Notes: generated from the letters alone by a model not told the origin. Positions 1 through 8,751 are shown, numbered from the stretch's first letter. The stretch is 30,350 nt of DNA from Candidatus Methanomethylophilaceae archaeon (GCA_050944155.1 JBMNQN010000010.1:1-30350); one strand, 5' to 3'. Numbers and translations: made by a program.

Positions 1-1
1 G

Positions 2-412
2 GAATTCCTGAAAATGGGCGCGGAAGCAGGGTCTCCCGATGCCGCGCTCACTCTGGGCAACATGCTTCAGGCGGGTTACGTCTGCGGCAAAAATTACAGG
101 GTGTGCGACCCGGATGCGGCTTTCAAGCTCTTCGGCATCGCGGCCGAAGGCGGACTTGCCGCGGGATTTTACAGAATGGGTCTGATGTACAGGGACGGTC
201 TGAGCGTGCCTCAGGACGCCGCCAAAGCCCTGGAACTTTTTATCAAAGCGTCCGAGAAAGGTTTCGATCCCGCGTCTCTGGCTCTTTACTACATGTACAG
301 AGAAGGGGACGGAACCGAACCCGATTCCGAAAGGGCCACCCTTTATCTCAGGATGGCAGCCGAAGCGGGAAACGAAGAAGCGATAAACAGGCTGGAAGAG
401 AATCCGGAATAA
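2..412 (+). CDS. Sel1-like repeat (SLR/TPR) protein, probably 5'-truncated by the window edge
   Basis: Tandem SLR units: A..LG.M...G, GFYRMGLMYRDGLSVPQDAAKALELFIKASEKG, LYYMYREGDGTEPDSERATLYLRMAAEAGN. The frame is open back to position 2; the first ATG is at 14. Confidence 0.9.
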   Translation, partial: EFLKMGAEAGSPDAALTLGNMLQAGYVCGKNYRVCDPDAAFKLFGIAAEGGLAAGFYRMGLMYRDGLSVPQDAAKALELFIKASEKGFDPASLALYYMYREGDGTEPDSERATLYLRMAAEAGNEEAINRLEENPE

Positions 413-510
413 AAGAAAAACAGAGACGGGCGATGGATGGTAGATGGGATGGGAGCCCGCCTCTGGGATGAGACAGCTGCATTGGGGATGCGCTGTTTTT
501 GTCTCTGTTA
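411..510 (-). ncRNA. Candidate small structured RNA with repeated CAUC(C) motifs
   Basis: Closing stem AACAGAGAC(419-427)/GTCTCTGTT(501-509), two inner stems, and six GATG motifs on the + strand. A minus-strand TATA-like TTATATA lies at 535-529 and a T-tract at 420-411. Confidence 0.5.
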
Positions 511-608
511 CTAACAGCAACGATTGAGTATATAAGGCAAATCGGGGGGTCACCGAAAGTGACCGAAAGTGAAAATTCCCGTTTCCGTGCGGTTTTTTCC
601 GTACGGAA

Positions 609-2297
609 TCACTTGGATTTATGGCGCACGCGTACGGCCATGCCCCGGTCGGACTGAACCATCTCCCGTCCGCACATTTCCGCCACCCCAACTCCGGCGA
701 CCTTTCCGTTTCTCATGATTACGGCTTCGTCTCCGATTCTGATATCCGGATCCGCATCCTCGACTCCGACGGCGAAGAGATTTCCTTTAAGTTCGAAATC
801 CGTCATAGTGACAGCGGAAACTCCCGCATCCGCAAGAATTTCCGCACCTTCCAACGTGAGCGAAATCATGCCTCTTTCGGGGGTCAGCATTCCCAGCTGG
901 GTCTTTTCGGATCTGTCTGAGGGATTTTCTCTTATGATTTTCCAATAGGGGTATTTTCCGGTAACGTAAGTGTTACCGTCCATGATTGCGGACGCGATGC
1001 TTTTTCCGAACTGGAACTTAAGCACGGAACAGACGGTCTCCCTGCGGTCAACCATGTATCCGGGATTGTCCATGCCTTCGGCCGCGTTTCTGAGAGCGGC
1101 GTCCAGACGTTCCAGCGATTCTCCGGACACCGGGTCTCCGTTTACGACGGTGAATTCCATTTCGGCCAAGTCGCTTATCATGCCGTAATCCGGAAAGTGG
1201 CACACGACTCTGTCGTATTTCTGGGACAGAAGTTCCTTCAGCATCGAACGTATCATTTCTTTTTCGTAACAGTTCCATTCCCCGGTGACCGGAACGTCGT
1301 AAGAGTTGGCGGGATAGAATACGTCCAATTCCCTGGGAACAAGACCCAGAGGCGAAGTTAAAATGACTTCATGCACGAGAACGTCGTGGTCTCCCGTGTG
1401 TACGGCAGAAGAAAAAGCCCTGTGCGATTTTGACGTGTGATAAGGTTTGACGGCCGAGCAGGGCAGCAGCAGAAGAATTCTTTTGTGTTCGGGTTTTTCG
1501 TAGCGTTCGGATATCCTTCTGCGGTAGCGTTCGTTATCGGGCCTGCGTAAAGACTGGACTGTGTTGCATGAGAACGCGGAACCCGTAAGCGGGAAAGCTT
1601 CTTCCTGATACGCATAACCCAGATCGTCGAAAAGTCTCAGGAGGGCAACCGACCTCGGCGAGGAAACCGATCTCTGATCCGCCAGTTCTCTTAAACGTCC
1701 GGCGGCTATAAACGCGGAAGTTTTGACGCATTCGTCCTCCAGTGCGGCGCAGTTTCCTTTGGAGGAATCTTCCCCCGTTTCGGCTTCGCCTTCGGGAAAC
1801 ATTCTGATGCCCATCATTCCCGCGGAAAGGGGAAGAGTCTCGTCGAACAGGTCGACTCCCATGTAAGACAGAAGTGCCAGCGTGGAAGGTTCGGCTATGC
1901 CCGAGAAGTAAAGAAGGCGTCCGAATCCCGCCGCTTCCCTTATTTCCGTTACGGCTTCGATGAGTTTTCTGGGATTTTTTCTGAGTTCGAAAGCGTTGGA
2001 AACCGCAACGACTCCGCATTCATCCGGTATCTTCTGCCCATTGTACGGAAGCCTCAGAACGCACACGCTGCCGGAAACCCGCATGTCCCCTTTCCTGGAG
2101 GACGCGGTGAACATCATCCCTCCGTCCAGAGGAATCTCGTTTCCCATGAAATGGAACACTCTGCCTTCGGCTTCGATGGAGATGTACGGACCCGGAGACC
2201 TGCCCACCGGAATCACCGCCGGCGTAATGAGAGACGTCTCTCCTTCCGAGTATCTGCATATTCTGCCCCTCTGAGACCTGGCGAGAACTTCCAGCAT
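609..2297 (-). CDS. arcS: Archaeosine synthase subunit alpha (ArcS/TgtA2)
   Basis: Degenerate TGT-like N-terminus, signature LLLPCSAVKPYHTSKSH, TSPLGLVPREL, and a C-terminal PUA domain (LFAVGVEDADPDIRIGDE). Confidence 0.92.
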   Translation of the reverse strand: MLEVLARSQRGRICRYSEGETSLITPAVIPVGRSPGPYISIEAEGRVFHFMGNEIPLDGGMMFTASSRKGDMRVSGSVCVLRLPYNGQKIPDECGVVAVSNAFELRKNPRKLIEAVTEIREAAGFGRLLYFSGIAEPSTLALLSYMGVDLFDETLPLSAGMMGIRMFPEGEAETGEDSSKGNCAALEDECVKTSAFIAAGRLRELADQRSVSSPRSVALLRLFDDLGYAYQEEAFPLTGSAFSCNTVQSLRRPDNERYRRRISERYEKPEHKRILLLLPCSAVKPYHTSKSHRAFSSAVHTGDHDVLVHEVILTSPLGLVPRELDVFYPANSYDVPVTGEWNCYEKEMIRSMLKELLSQKYDRVVCHFPDYGMISDLAEMEFTVVNGDPVSGESLERLDAALRNAAEGMDNPGYMVDRRETVCSVLKFQFGKSIASAIMDGNTYVTGKYPYWKIIRENPSDRSEKTQLGMLTPERGMISLTLEGAEILADAGVSAVTMTDFELKGNLFAVGVEDADPDIRIGDEAVIMRNGKVAGVGVAEMCGREMVQSDRGMAVRVRHKSK

Positions 2298-2372
2298 GTT
2301 CCGTCGGAGTACCGTCCCGTTTATTAACCTTGGTACCCGGAGATGTAGATTTCCGATTTTTATTCCGTAATG

Positions 2373-3005
2373 TTACCAGTCCCTTCCCAGGGAATAGACC
2401 AGCGCGTTGCAGATTGCGGCGGCGATGTTGCTTCCTCCCTTCCGTCCGCGGGCCACGATGTACGGAACTCCGGCTTCCATTATCGTCTCTTTGGACTCGA
2501 CCACGTTGACGAAACCCACAGGAACGCCGATTACGAGAGCGGGTTTCGCTTTTCCCGCTTTTATCATGTCGTACAGCGAAAAGAGAGCGGTCGGAGCGTT
2601 TCCCACCGCAAAAATGACGTTGTCTCCCAGCTCCGCTCCGCGTTCCATGGCCACCGACGATCTTGTGCATCCTCTTTCTTTCGCCTCGGCAATGACGTCC
2701 TCGTCGCTGATGAAACAGTGAACCGTGCATCCGTATTTTTTCAGATGGTTCCTGTTTATTCCGGACGCGGCCATTTTCGTGTCGGTCACGATTGCCGCAC
2801 CGTTCTTCAGAGCGTCGGTTCCCGCCTTCACCGCGCCTTCGGAGAAAACCAGATTGTCCGCATAGTCGAAATCGGCGGATGTGTGGATGCATCTTTTGAT
2901 TATCGAAAATTCGGGTTCCGGCCATGTCCTTCCGTTAAGCTCGGCCTCGATGGTTTCCATGCTCTTTTTTTCTATTTCACGGGGATTCGTTATCTCGCAC
3001 TTCAT
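2373..3005 (-). CDS. cbiC: Precorrin-8X / cobalt-precorrin-8 methylmutase
   Basis: Motifs IEKKSMETI, RCIHTSADF, AVGNAPTAL, GVPVGFVNVVESKE, GRKGGSNIAAAICNAL. Confidence 0.96.
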   Translation of the reverse strand: MKCEITNPREIEKKSMETIEAELNGRTWPEPEFSIIKRCIHTSADFDYADNLVFSEGAVKAGTDALKNGAAIVTDTKMAASGINRNHLKKYGCTVHCFISDEDVIAEAKERGCTRSSVAMERGAELGDNVIFAVGNAPTALFSLYDMIKAGKAKPALVIGVPVGFVNVVESKETIMEAGVPYIVARGRKGGSNIAAAICNALVYSLGRDW

Positions 3006-3378
3006 ATTATCAACCTATATCCTTAATGGGTTTGGAACTCCCGCCGAGGGAAATGCGTCCGAAGACGGGGATAAGCCTGCAGAGTTGATTGTATATCCGT
3101 TTGAGTATCTTCGCGATGCATTTCCCGTATCGGCGGTAAATTGTTTGAGACGCCCGGAGGTAAATGACGAAACCGCCCGACGGTCCGTAAAACGTTTTAT
3201 GCCTACACGGCTGCGACGGGGCAGCGCCGCAGTTGGATGTAGCATCCAACATACCATTTCAGAAGTATAAATAATGTATGTTCCCGAGACTTCCGGAATA
3301 AATTCCGGAAACCCCGGCGGAGCGCTGCGGGAGCGGGCGGAGGATAAGTGTTATAACGCCAATATCGGATTAGACGCC

Positions 3379-4308
3379 ATGGACTTTTACGACCGGGATA
3401 TCGTTTCCATAAAAGATTTTACAAGAAGCGAAATCGAGTATCTTCTCGACCTTTCGGAAAAAATGATACCTTATTCGACCGGGGAAAAGGTGAGCAAAGT
3501 TCTTGACGGAAAAATACTCGGCAACCTGTTCTTCGAACCGTCTACCCGTACGAAACTTTCCTTCGAAAGCGCCGCATACAGACTGGGATGCGACGTTATC
3601 GACGTTTCCGAAATGTCCATGACTTCCATATCCAAAGGGGAAACTCTCGCAGATACGATAAGAATGGTCGACGCCTACTGCGACGTCATCGTTCTGAGAC
3701 ATCCCTACGAGGGAGCGGCCCGTCTTGCGGCCGACTTCTCCATTAATCCGGTAATCAACGCCGGAGACGGAGCGGGTTCCCATCCCACGCAGACTCTTCT
3801 CGACCTTTTCACCATGCGCAGAGCCAAAGGTTCCCTGGACGGACTCGACATAGTTCTGCTGGGCGACCTGAAATACGGACGCACCGTACACTCTCTCGCG
3901 GAAGCGCTCACCATGTTCGGCGCCAATCTCACACTCGTTGCTCCGGATCAGCTTCAGATGCCGGACGAAATCGTCAGCCACATCAAAAAGAAAGGGTGCC
4001 GCATGACGAAAACCTCCAGACTGGAAGACGTGATAGAGAAAGCGGACGTTCTTTACGTCACGAGGATACAGAAAGAAAGGTTCCCCGACCCGGCGGAATA
4101 CCTTAAAGTGGCAGGAATGTACCGTATTAACAACAACGTGCTCAGGGAGAGCAAGAAAGACATGATCGTAATGCACCCGCTTCCGAGGGTGGACGAAATC
4201 GCTCCCGAAGTGGACTCCACGGAACACGCGAAATATTTCCAGCAGGCTTTCAACGGCGTACCCGTAAGAATGGCATTGCTGTGCGCCATACTGGGAGGAG
4301 AGATATGA
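3379..4308 (+). CDS. pyrB: Aspartate carbamoyltransferase catalytic subunit
   Basis: Motifs FFEPSTRT, HPTQTLLD, GDLKYGRTVHSL, MHPLPRVDEI. Start moved to ATG 3379, with TTATAA at 3351-3356. Confidence 0.97.
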   Translation: MDFYDRDIVSIKDFTRSEIEYLLDLSEKMIPYSTGEKVSKVLDGKILGNLFFEPSTRTKLSFESAAYRLGCDVIDVSEMSMTSISKGETLADTIRMVDAYCDVIVLRHPYEGAARLAADFSINPVINAGDGAGSHPTQTLLDLFTMRRAKGSLDGLDIVLLGDLKYGRTVHSLAEALTMFGANLTLVAPDQLQMPDEIVSHIKKKGCRMTKTSRLEDVIEKADVLYVTRIQKERFPDPAEYLKVAGMYRINNNVLRESKKDMIVMHPLPRVDEIAPEVDSTEHAKYFQQAFNGVPVRMALLCAILGGEI

Positions 4309-4778
4309 ACGGAAAAATCATCAAAGAAGTGAAACTCGCCCCCATAAGGAACGGTACGGTTATCGATCATATTGCCGTCGGACAGGCTCTGAACGTTCTG
4401 AAGATTCTCGGCGTAAACGAATACGTGGATTCCACCATCAGCGTGGGAATGCACGTCGCCTCCCGCAAAGAGGCGGAATGGAAAGACATAGTCAAAATCG
4501 AAGACTGCGAACTGGACCAGAAAACTCTGGACAAAATTTCCCTCATCGCTCCGGACGCCACCATATCGATAATACGCGACTACTATGTGGCGGAGAAATT
4601 CTCCGTTACCCTGGGAGACAGAGTTGTGGGACTGGCGAAATGCTGCAATCCCAACTGCATCACAAACAAATCTGAGCCCATAGAGACCGAGTTTACGGTC
4701 ATAAGCAGACGCCCCACCGTTCTCAAATGCTGCTACTGCGACAGAGAACTGGTCAACATTTCGGATAATTTACTATGA
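4305..4778 (+). CDS. pyrI: Aspartate carbamoyltransferase regulatory subunit
   Basis: IRNGTVIDHI, KDIVKIE, Zn-binding C.NPNCIT...CCYCD. ATGA overlap with pyrB. Confidence 0.96.
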   Translation: MNGKIIKEVKLAPIRNGTVIDHIAVGQALNVLKILGVNEYVDSTISVGMHVASRKEAEWKDIVKIEDCELDQKTLDKISLIAPDATISIIRDYYVAEKFSVTLGDRVVGLAKCCNPNCITNKSEPIETEFTVISRRPTVLKCCYCDRELVNISDNLL

Positions 4779-5305
4779 AGATACTTATTATAGCCGGACT
4801 GCCCGGATCGGGCAAAGAAGAACTCCTCAACGTCGCAAGGGAGATGAACATCCCGTTTCTGAGAATGGGAGACATCGTGAGGGAACACCACGCGAAGAGC
4901 CGTTCCAGAGACAAACTGACCGTGGGGGAGTTCGCTGACAAAGAACGCAAAAAGAAGGGGCCTGACATCTGGGCAAGGCTTGCCATGGAAAAGATGTCCG
5001 GAGACGTGTTTCTCGTTGACGGGTGCAGAAGCATCGACGAAATCGACGCGTTCAGGACCCTCAGTGAAGACGTTTACATAATAGCCATCCACTCGAGCCC
5101 GGAAACCAGATACGAAAGACTCGTGAAAAGGGGAAGGGAAGACGCTCCCAGGGAATGGGTCGAATTCGCGGACAGAGACGCCAGGGAAATCTCCTGGGGT
5201 TCGGCGGTCGTCATAGCCCTTGCAGACATTATGTTCGTGAACGAGTCCACTCTCGAAGCATTCCGCAAGGACGTCAGGAAAAAGCTGAAGGAAATCTGCA
5301 GATGA
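4775..5305 (+). CDS. P-loop NMP-kinase-like protein (UPF0200 / dephospho-CoA kinase-like family)
   Basis: Walker A-like GLPGSGKE, MGDIVRE, DGCRS..E, RYERLVKRGRED, RD.RE..WG. Translationally coupled to pyrI. Confidence 0.82.
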   Translation: MKILIIAGLPGSGKEELLNVAREMNIPFLRMGDIVREHHAKSRSRDKLTVGEFADKERKKKGPDIWARLAMEKMSGDVFLVDGCRSIDEIDAFRTLSEDVYIIAIHSSPETRYERLVKRGREDAPREWVEFADRDAREISWGSAVVIALADIMFVNESTLEAFRKDVRKKLKEICR

Positions 5306-5568
5306 GGTTCAAAATATCCCGCCTCTGCGGAGACAGGGCGCTTATGGCGGCTCCGAGAGAAGACGTCGATCTCGATTTGGACAGAGCGGAGAAAATTCTT
5401 TCCGAAAAAGGATACGAAATAAAGCAGAACGACGGGCTGATGCTCGCGTTCACCTTCGAAAATCTGGAAACGACCCTCTACATTCAGGGGAAAGTCATGT
5501 TCTTCCCTCTTAACGACAAGACCCTGTGCACGGAATACGCGACCCGCATTCTGGAATGGGTTCTCTGA
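5302..5568 (+). CDS. Small hypothetical protein (88 aa, MRFKISRLCGD...)
   Basis: ATGA overlap with the upstream kinase stop, protein-like composition, and it fills the gap in the operon. Confidence 0.75.
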   Translation: MRFKISRLCGDRALMAAPREDVDLDLDRAEKILSEKGYEIKQNDGLMLAFTFENLETTLYIQGKVMFFPLNDKTLCTEYATRILEWVL

Positions 5569-5625
5569 TATTTCTGCGGCCTTTTGAGGGCAGATTTAAT
5601 AAACAAACGCCTTATCTCTGCGCCC

Positions 5626-6354
5626 ATGAGCAATATAGCCGTATATGCGGCTGTACTGGTTATTTCAATCGCACTTTCCGTTGCGGCATGGAAAATAAAG
5701 ATGCTTACCGCGGACGGGTCCCTGACCGCGGCAGTCGTCCTGTGTCTAATCGGAATTTTCGGAGACTTTTACTGGCTTGTTATGCTGACGGTTTTCGCGG
5801 TAATCGGCTTTGCGGCAACCAAGATATCTTTTTCCAAAAAGAAATCACAGGGGCTGCAGGAAGGAAAACACGGAGAACGCACATGGAAGAACGTTCTCGG
5901 AGTTTCGTTCGCACCTGCGGTCGTTGCGGTGGCGAACTTCGCCGTGCCGGGATACCACTCCGTGTTCACGATAGCGTTCCTGGGAGCTGTTTCGACTGCG
6001 GCCGCAGATACCGTGGGAAGCGAATTGGGCGTGAAGGACGGAAAAGTATGGCTCATCACCTCTTTCAAACGGGTGAAGCCCGGAACCGACGGAGGCGTTT
6101 CCATGTCGGGAACTCTGCTTTCCTTTGCTGCCGCGTTCGCCATAGCCTTCCTGGGATGGGTTCTGTTCTTCAGAGATCTGGATATTCTGTTCGTTATACC
6201 CGGATTCGCGGGATTCGCGGGCTGCATTATGGACAGCGTTCTGGGCGCCACGCTGGAATCCAGAAAACTTATTTCAAAATACACGAACAACAACATTACG
6301 GAGCTGTTCGGAGCGGTCATAGCGGGTCTGGCGTATTACATAGCGATTTTCTGA
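5626..6354 (+). CDS. DUF92 (TIGR00297/TMEM19-like) integral membrane protein
   Basis: LT.DG...A, G.RTWKNVL, AAADTVGSELG, V.PGTDGGVS..GT, DSVLGATLE, and multiple TM segments. Confidence 0.92.
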   Translation: MSNIAVYAAVLVISIALSVAAWKIKMLTADGSLTAAVVLCLIGIFGDFYWLVMLTVFAVIGFAATKISFSKKKSQGLQEGKHGERTWKNVLGVSFAPAVVAVANFAVPGYHSVFTIAFLGAVSTAAADTVGSELGVKDGKVWLITSFKRVKPGTDGGVSMSGTLLSFAAAFAIAFLGWVLFFRDLDILFVIPGFAGFAGCIMDSVLGATLESRKLISKYTNNNITELFGAVIAGLAYYIAIF

Positions 6355-6371
6355 AGAAATCCTGAGATACA

Positions 6372-6377
6372 TTTAAA
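6372..6377 (+). promoter_or_regulatory. TATA box of the 5S rRNA gene
   Basis: TTTAAA about 24 nt upstream of the 5S 5' end. Confidence 0.55.
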
Positions 6378-6400
6378 TAGAAATTAACTATCCTAGGTAT

Positions 6401-6526
6401 TGGTCTGACGGCCATAGCGGCGGGGAAACACCCGGTCCCATTCCGAACCCGGAAGTAAAGCCCGCCTGCGTCTCCGTCTGTACTGTACTGCGCAAGCGTA
6501 CGGGAACTCGGAAACGCTGTCAGCCA
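6401..6526 (+). rRNA. rrf: 5S ribosomal RNA (stand-alone)
   Basis: GGCCATAGCGGCGGGGAAACACCCGGTCCCATTCCGAACCCGGAAGTAAAGCCCGCC...GTACTG...GGGAA. Terminal helix CTGACGGC/GCTGTCAG, followed by a T-tract. Confidence 0.96.
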
Positions 6527-6600
6527 CTTTTTCATTTCATCGACCGAGCGCAAGCTCCGTGTCGTCTTTGAATATCGTATCCGGTTTCGGATATAGAAAA

Positions 6601-6630
6601 TAAGAAAAAAGAAAAGGGGTTTTACCCCCT
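6601..6630 (-). terminator. Putative terminator of the por operon
   Basis: The minus strand reads GGGG-TAAAA-CCCC followed by TTTTCTTTTTT, just after the porB stop. Confidence 0.6.
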
Positions 6631-6635
6631 GAAAT

Positions 6636-7583
6636 TCAGTTTTTGGCCAGCTTTATGAGCTTTTCCCATCTGCGGTCGACTTCCGCCTGCATGACTTCGA
6701 CGATGGGGGCGTTCTTCGGACCCTTCAGATGTTTGAACCTGCCCTGGGACTCGATCCAGTCCGTAACCGGCTTCTTTTCCTTCTTTCCGTCGGCTATCTT
6801 TGCGCTTTCCGCGGTGAGGAAGTACTCTCCGTTGACCACTTCGTAAAGAGGCCAAATGCAGGTTTCCACCGCGATTTTCGCGACAGCTATGGTTTCGTCG
6901 GAAGGACACCTCCATCCTCTGGGACAGGGGGTCAGCGCGTTGATGAAGGACGGCCCGCCGCACTCGAAGGCCTTTCTTGCCTTGGTAACGGTGTCCACCC
7001 AGTTATGGGGCGACACCTGCGCGACGTAGGGTATGTTGTGGGCCACCATTATGGCGGTCATGTCCTTGGGGTACTCTTTCTTACCGAAAGATTCGGTACC
7101 CGCAGGGGACGTGGTCGTGTCCGCGCCCAGTCCGGTTGCGCTGGATCTCTGGATTCCGGTGTTCATGTACGCCTCGTTGTTCATGCAGACGTACAGCATG
7201 TTGTGTCCTCTCTCCATGGCTCCGGAAAGCGCCTGCAGACCTATGTCGTAAGTGGCTCCGTCTCCTCCGAAGTTAACGAATCTCATCTCGTCGGTGATTT
7301 TTCCTCTCTTTCTGAGTGCCTGGTACGCCGTTTCCACGCCCGCGCAGGTGGCGGCTCCGTTTCCGAAGGCCGTGTGGATCATGGGAACGTTCCACGAAGT
7401 GTACGGGTACACAGTGGTGGAGACTTCGAAACATCCGGTGGAAAGGGAAACCACCACGGGCTTCTCCGTTCCCAGAAGAATCTGCTTGGCAAGTATGGGT
7501 TCCGCGCATCCGGCGCACAGCCTGTGCCCGCTTGTGAGTTTGACGGGCTGCTTGCTCAGTTCCTTAAGTGTGATTACGCTCAT
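6636..7583 (-). CDS. porB: Pyruvate:ferredoxin oxidoreductase beta subunit
   Basis: GHRLCAGC, TGCFEV, TPP-binding GGDGATYDIG...NNEAYMNTGIQRS, PCPRGW. Confidence 0.95.
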   Translation of the reverse strand: MSVITLKELSKQPVKLTSGHRLCAGCAEPILAKQILLGTEKPVVVSLSTGCFEVSTTVYPYTSWNVPMIHTAFGNGAATCAGVETAYQALRKRGKITDEMRFVNFGGDGATYDIGLQALSGAMERGHNMLYVCMNNEAYMNTGIQRSSATGLGADTTTSPAGTESFGKKEYPKDMTAIMVAHNIPYVAQVSPHNWVDTVTKARKAFECGGPSFINALTPCPRGWRCPSDETIAVAKIAVETCIWPLYEVVNGEYFLTAESAKIADGKKEKKPVTDWIESQGRFKHLKGPKNAPIVEVMQAEVDRRWEKLIKLAKN

Positions 7584-8749
7584 ATCTTCATCCCCTTGAA
7601 GTTAATCTTGGAAGCCGTTCCGTTCACCGCGGATTCCATCGCTTCGGTAAGGATTGCGACACTGGTGTCGGCTCCTCCTATTCCGTATATGAAGTTGTAC
7701 ATCTTGGGCATCTTCTCCAGGTCCGCGGCAGCGGTGACTACCTCGGGGAACATGGGGCCGTAAGATCCCAGACTCAGGTGCTTGTCGAAAACCGACACGG
7801 ATTTCTTGCCTTTCATGATTTCCGCAAGAATCTTCTCGGGCCAGGGCCTGTACACGTGGGGCATGGCGCATCCGACTTTGAATCCGGCGTCCCTCATCCT
7901 GTCCACGGTTTCCTTCATGGTTCCAAAGGAAGAACCGAGAATTATGGCGATGTGTTCGGCGTCTTCGCATCTGTACTGGTCCACGATGTTGTACTCCCTT
8001 CCGGTAAGTTCCTTGAACTCTCTGAACACCTGTTCGGCGACTCCGAAGACTTTCATCATCGCTTCGTTCTGGATGTATTTGTGGGCGTAGTAATAGTCGG
8101 GACCGTCCATCATTCCGTGGGAAGTGGGGTTCTTGTAGTCGAGCAGCGGGTGCATCGGCTTGTACTCTCCGACGAACTTTTTGACGTCCTCGTCGGATAC
8201 GGGAGTCATTCTCTCCACGGCGTGGGTGAGAATGAAACCGTCCAGGTTCGTTATGATCGGAAGCTGCACGTCGGGGTGCTCGGATATTCTGGGAGCTATT
8301 ATCGCGTTGTCGTAGGCCCCCTGGACGTTTTCGGCGAATATCTGAATCCATCCCGTATCCCTGGCGGCCATGGCGTCTCCGTGGTCGTTGTTGATGTTGA
8401 TGGGGCCGCTGACGGCTCTGTTCGCCACGGCCATGACCATGGGAAGTCTCATGGACGACGTAATGGGGAGCATTTCCCACATATATGCCAGACCCTGGGA
8501 AGCCGTAGCCGTGAAAGTCCTCGCTCCCGCGGAGCAGGAAGCTGCGCACAGAGTCAGAGCGCTGTGTTCGGACTCTACGCACACGTATTCGGTTCCCACT
8601 TCTCCGTTTGCGACATATTTCGAAAAGTCCTCTACGATTATCGTCTGGGGAGTGATCGGGTAAGCGGCGCAGACGTCCGGATCGATCTGTTTCCACGCGT
8701 AAGCAACCGCTCCGTCTCCGTTCATCGCCAAATCTTTGATTTTTGCCAT
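7580..8749 (-). CDS. porA: Pyruvate:ferredoxin oxidoreductase alpha subunit
   Basis: AAYPITPQT, VESEHSA, TATASQGL, NRAVSGPINI..DH.D. Start at ATG 8749, downstream of GGAGG. Confidence 0.95.
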   Translation of the reverse strand: MAKIKDLAMNGDGAVAYAWKQIDPDVCAAYPITPQTIIVEDFSKYVANGEVGTEYVCVESEHSALTLCAASCSAGARTFTATASQGLAYMWEMLPITSSMRLPMVMAVANRAVSGPININNDHGDAMAARDTGWIQIFAENVQGAYDNAIIAPRISEHPDVQLPIITNLDGFILTHAVERMTPVSDEDVKKFVGEYKPMHPLLDYKNPTSHGMMDGPDYYYAHKYIQNEAMMKVFGVAEQVFREFKELTGREYNIVDQYRCEDAEHIAIILGSSFGTMKETVDRMRDAGFKVGCAMPHVYRPWPEKILAEIMKGKKSVSVFDKHLSLGSYGPMFPEVVTAAADLEKMPKMYNFIYGIGGADTSVAILTEAMESAVNGTASKINFKGMKI

Positions 8750-8751
8750 GC

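Noticed and set aside
3006-3257. An 80-aa ORF (3015-3257, minus) in frame with cbiC across a single TAG, suggesting pyrrolysine read-through
   Set aside because: The ORF does not look like a protein. CbiC is already full length from 3005 with an SD-like AGGTTGAT, and an in-frame arrangement has a 1-in-3 chance.
3006-3270. Cobalamin riboswitch, SRP RNA or RNase P RNA upstream of cbiC
   Set aside because: Apart from a GGGAA, I cannot find the B12-box, SRP helix-8 or RNase P P4 consensus motifs. It is kept only as an unassigned structured region.
3274-3378. N-terminal extensions in the ORF track for pyrB (also porA, porG, ABC ATPase, binding protein, DRG and terC)
   Set aside because: These extensions run through promoters or overlap neighbouring genes; family-typical N-termini begin at downstream starts.
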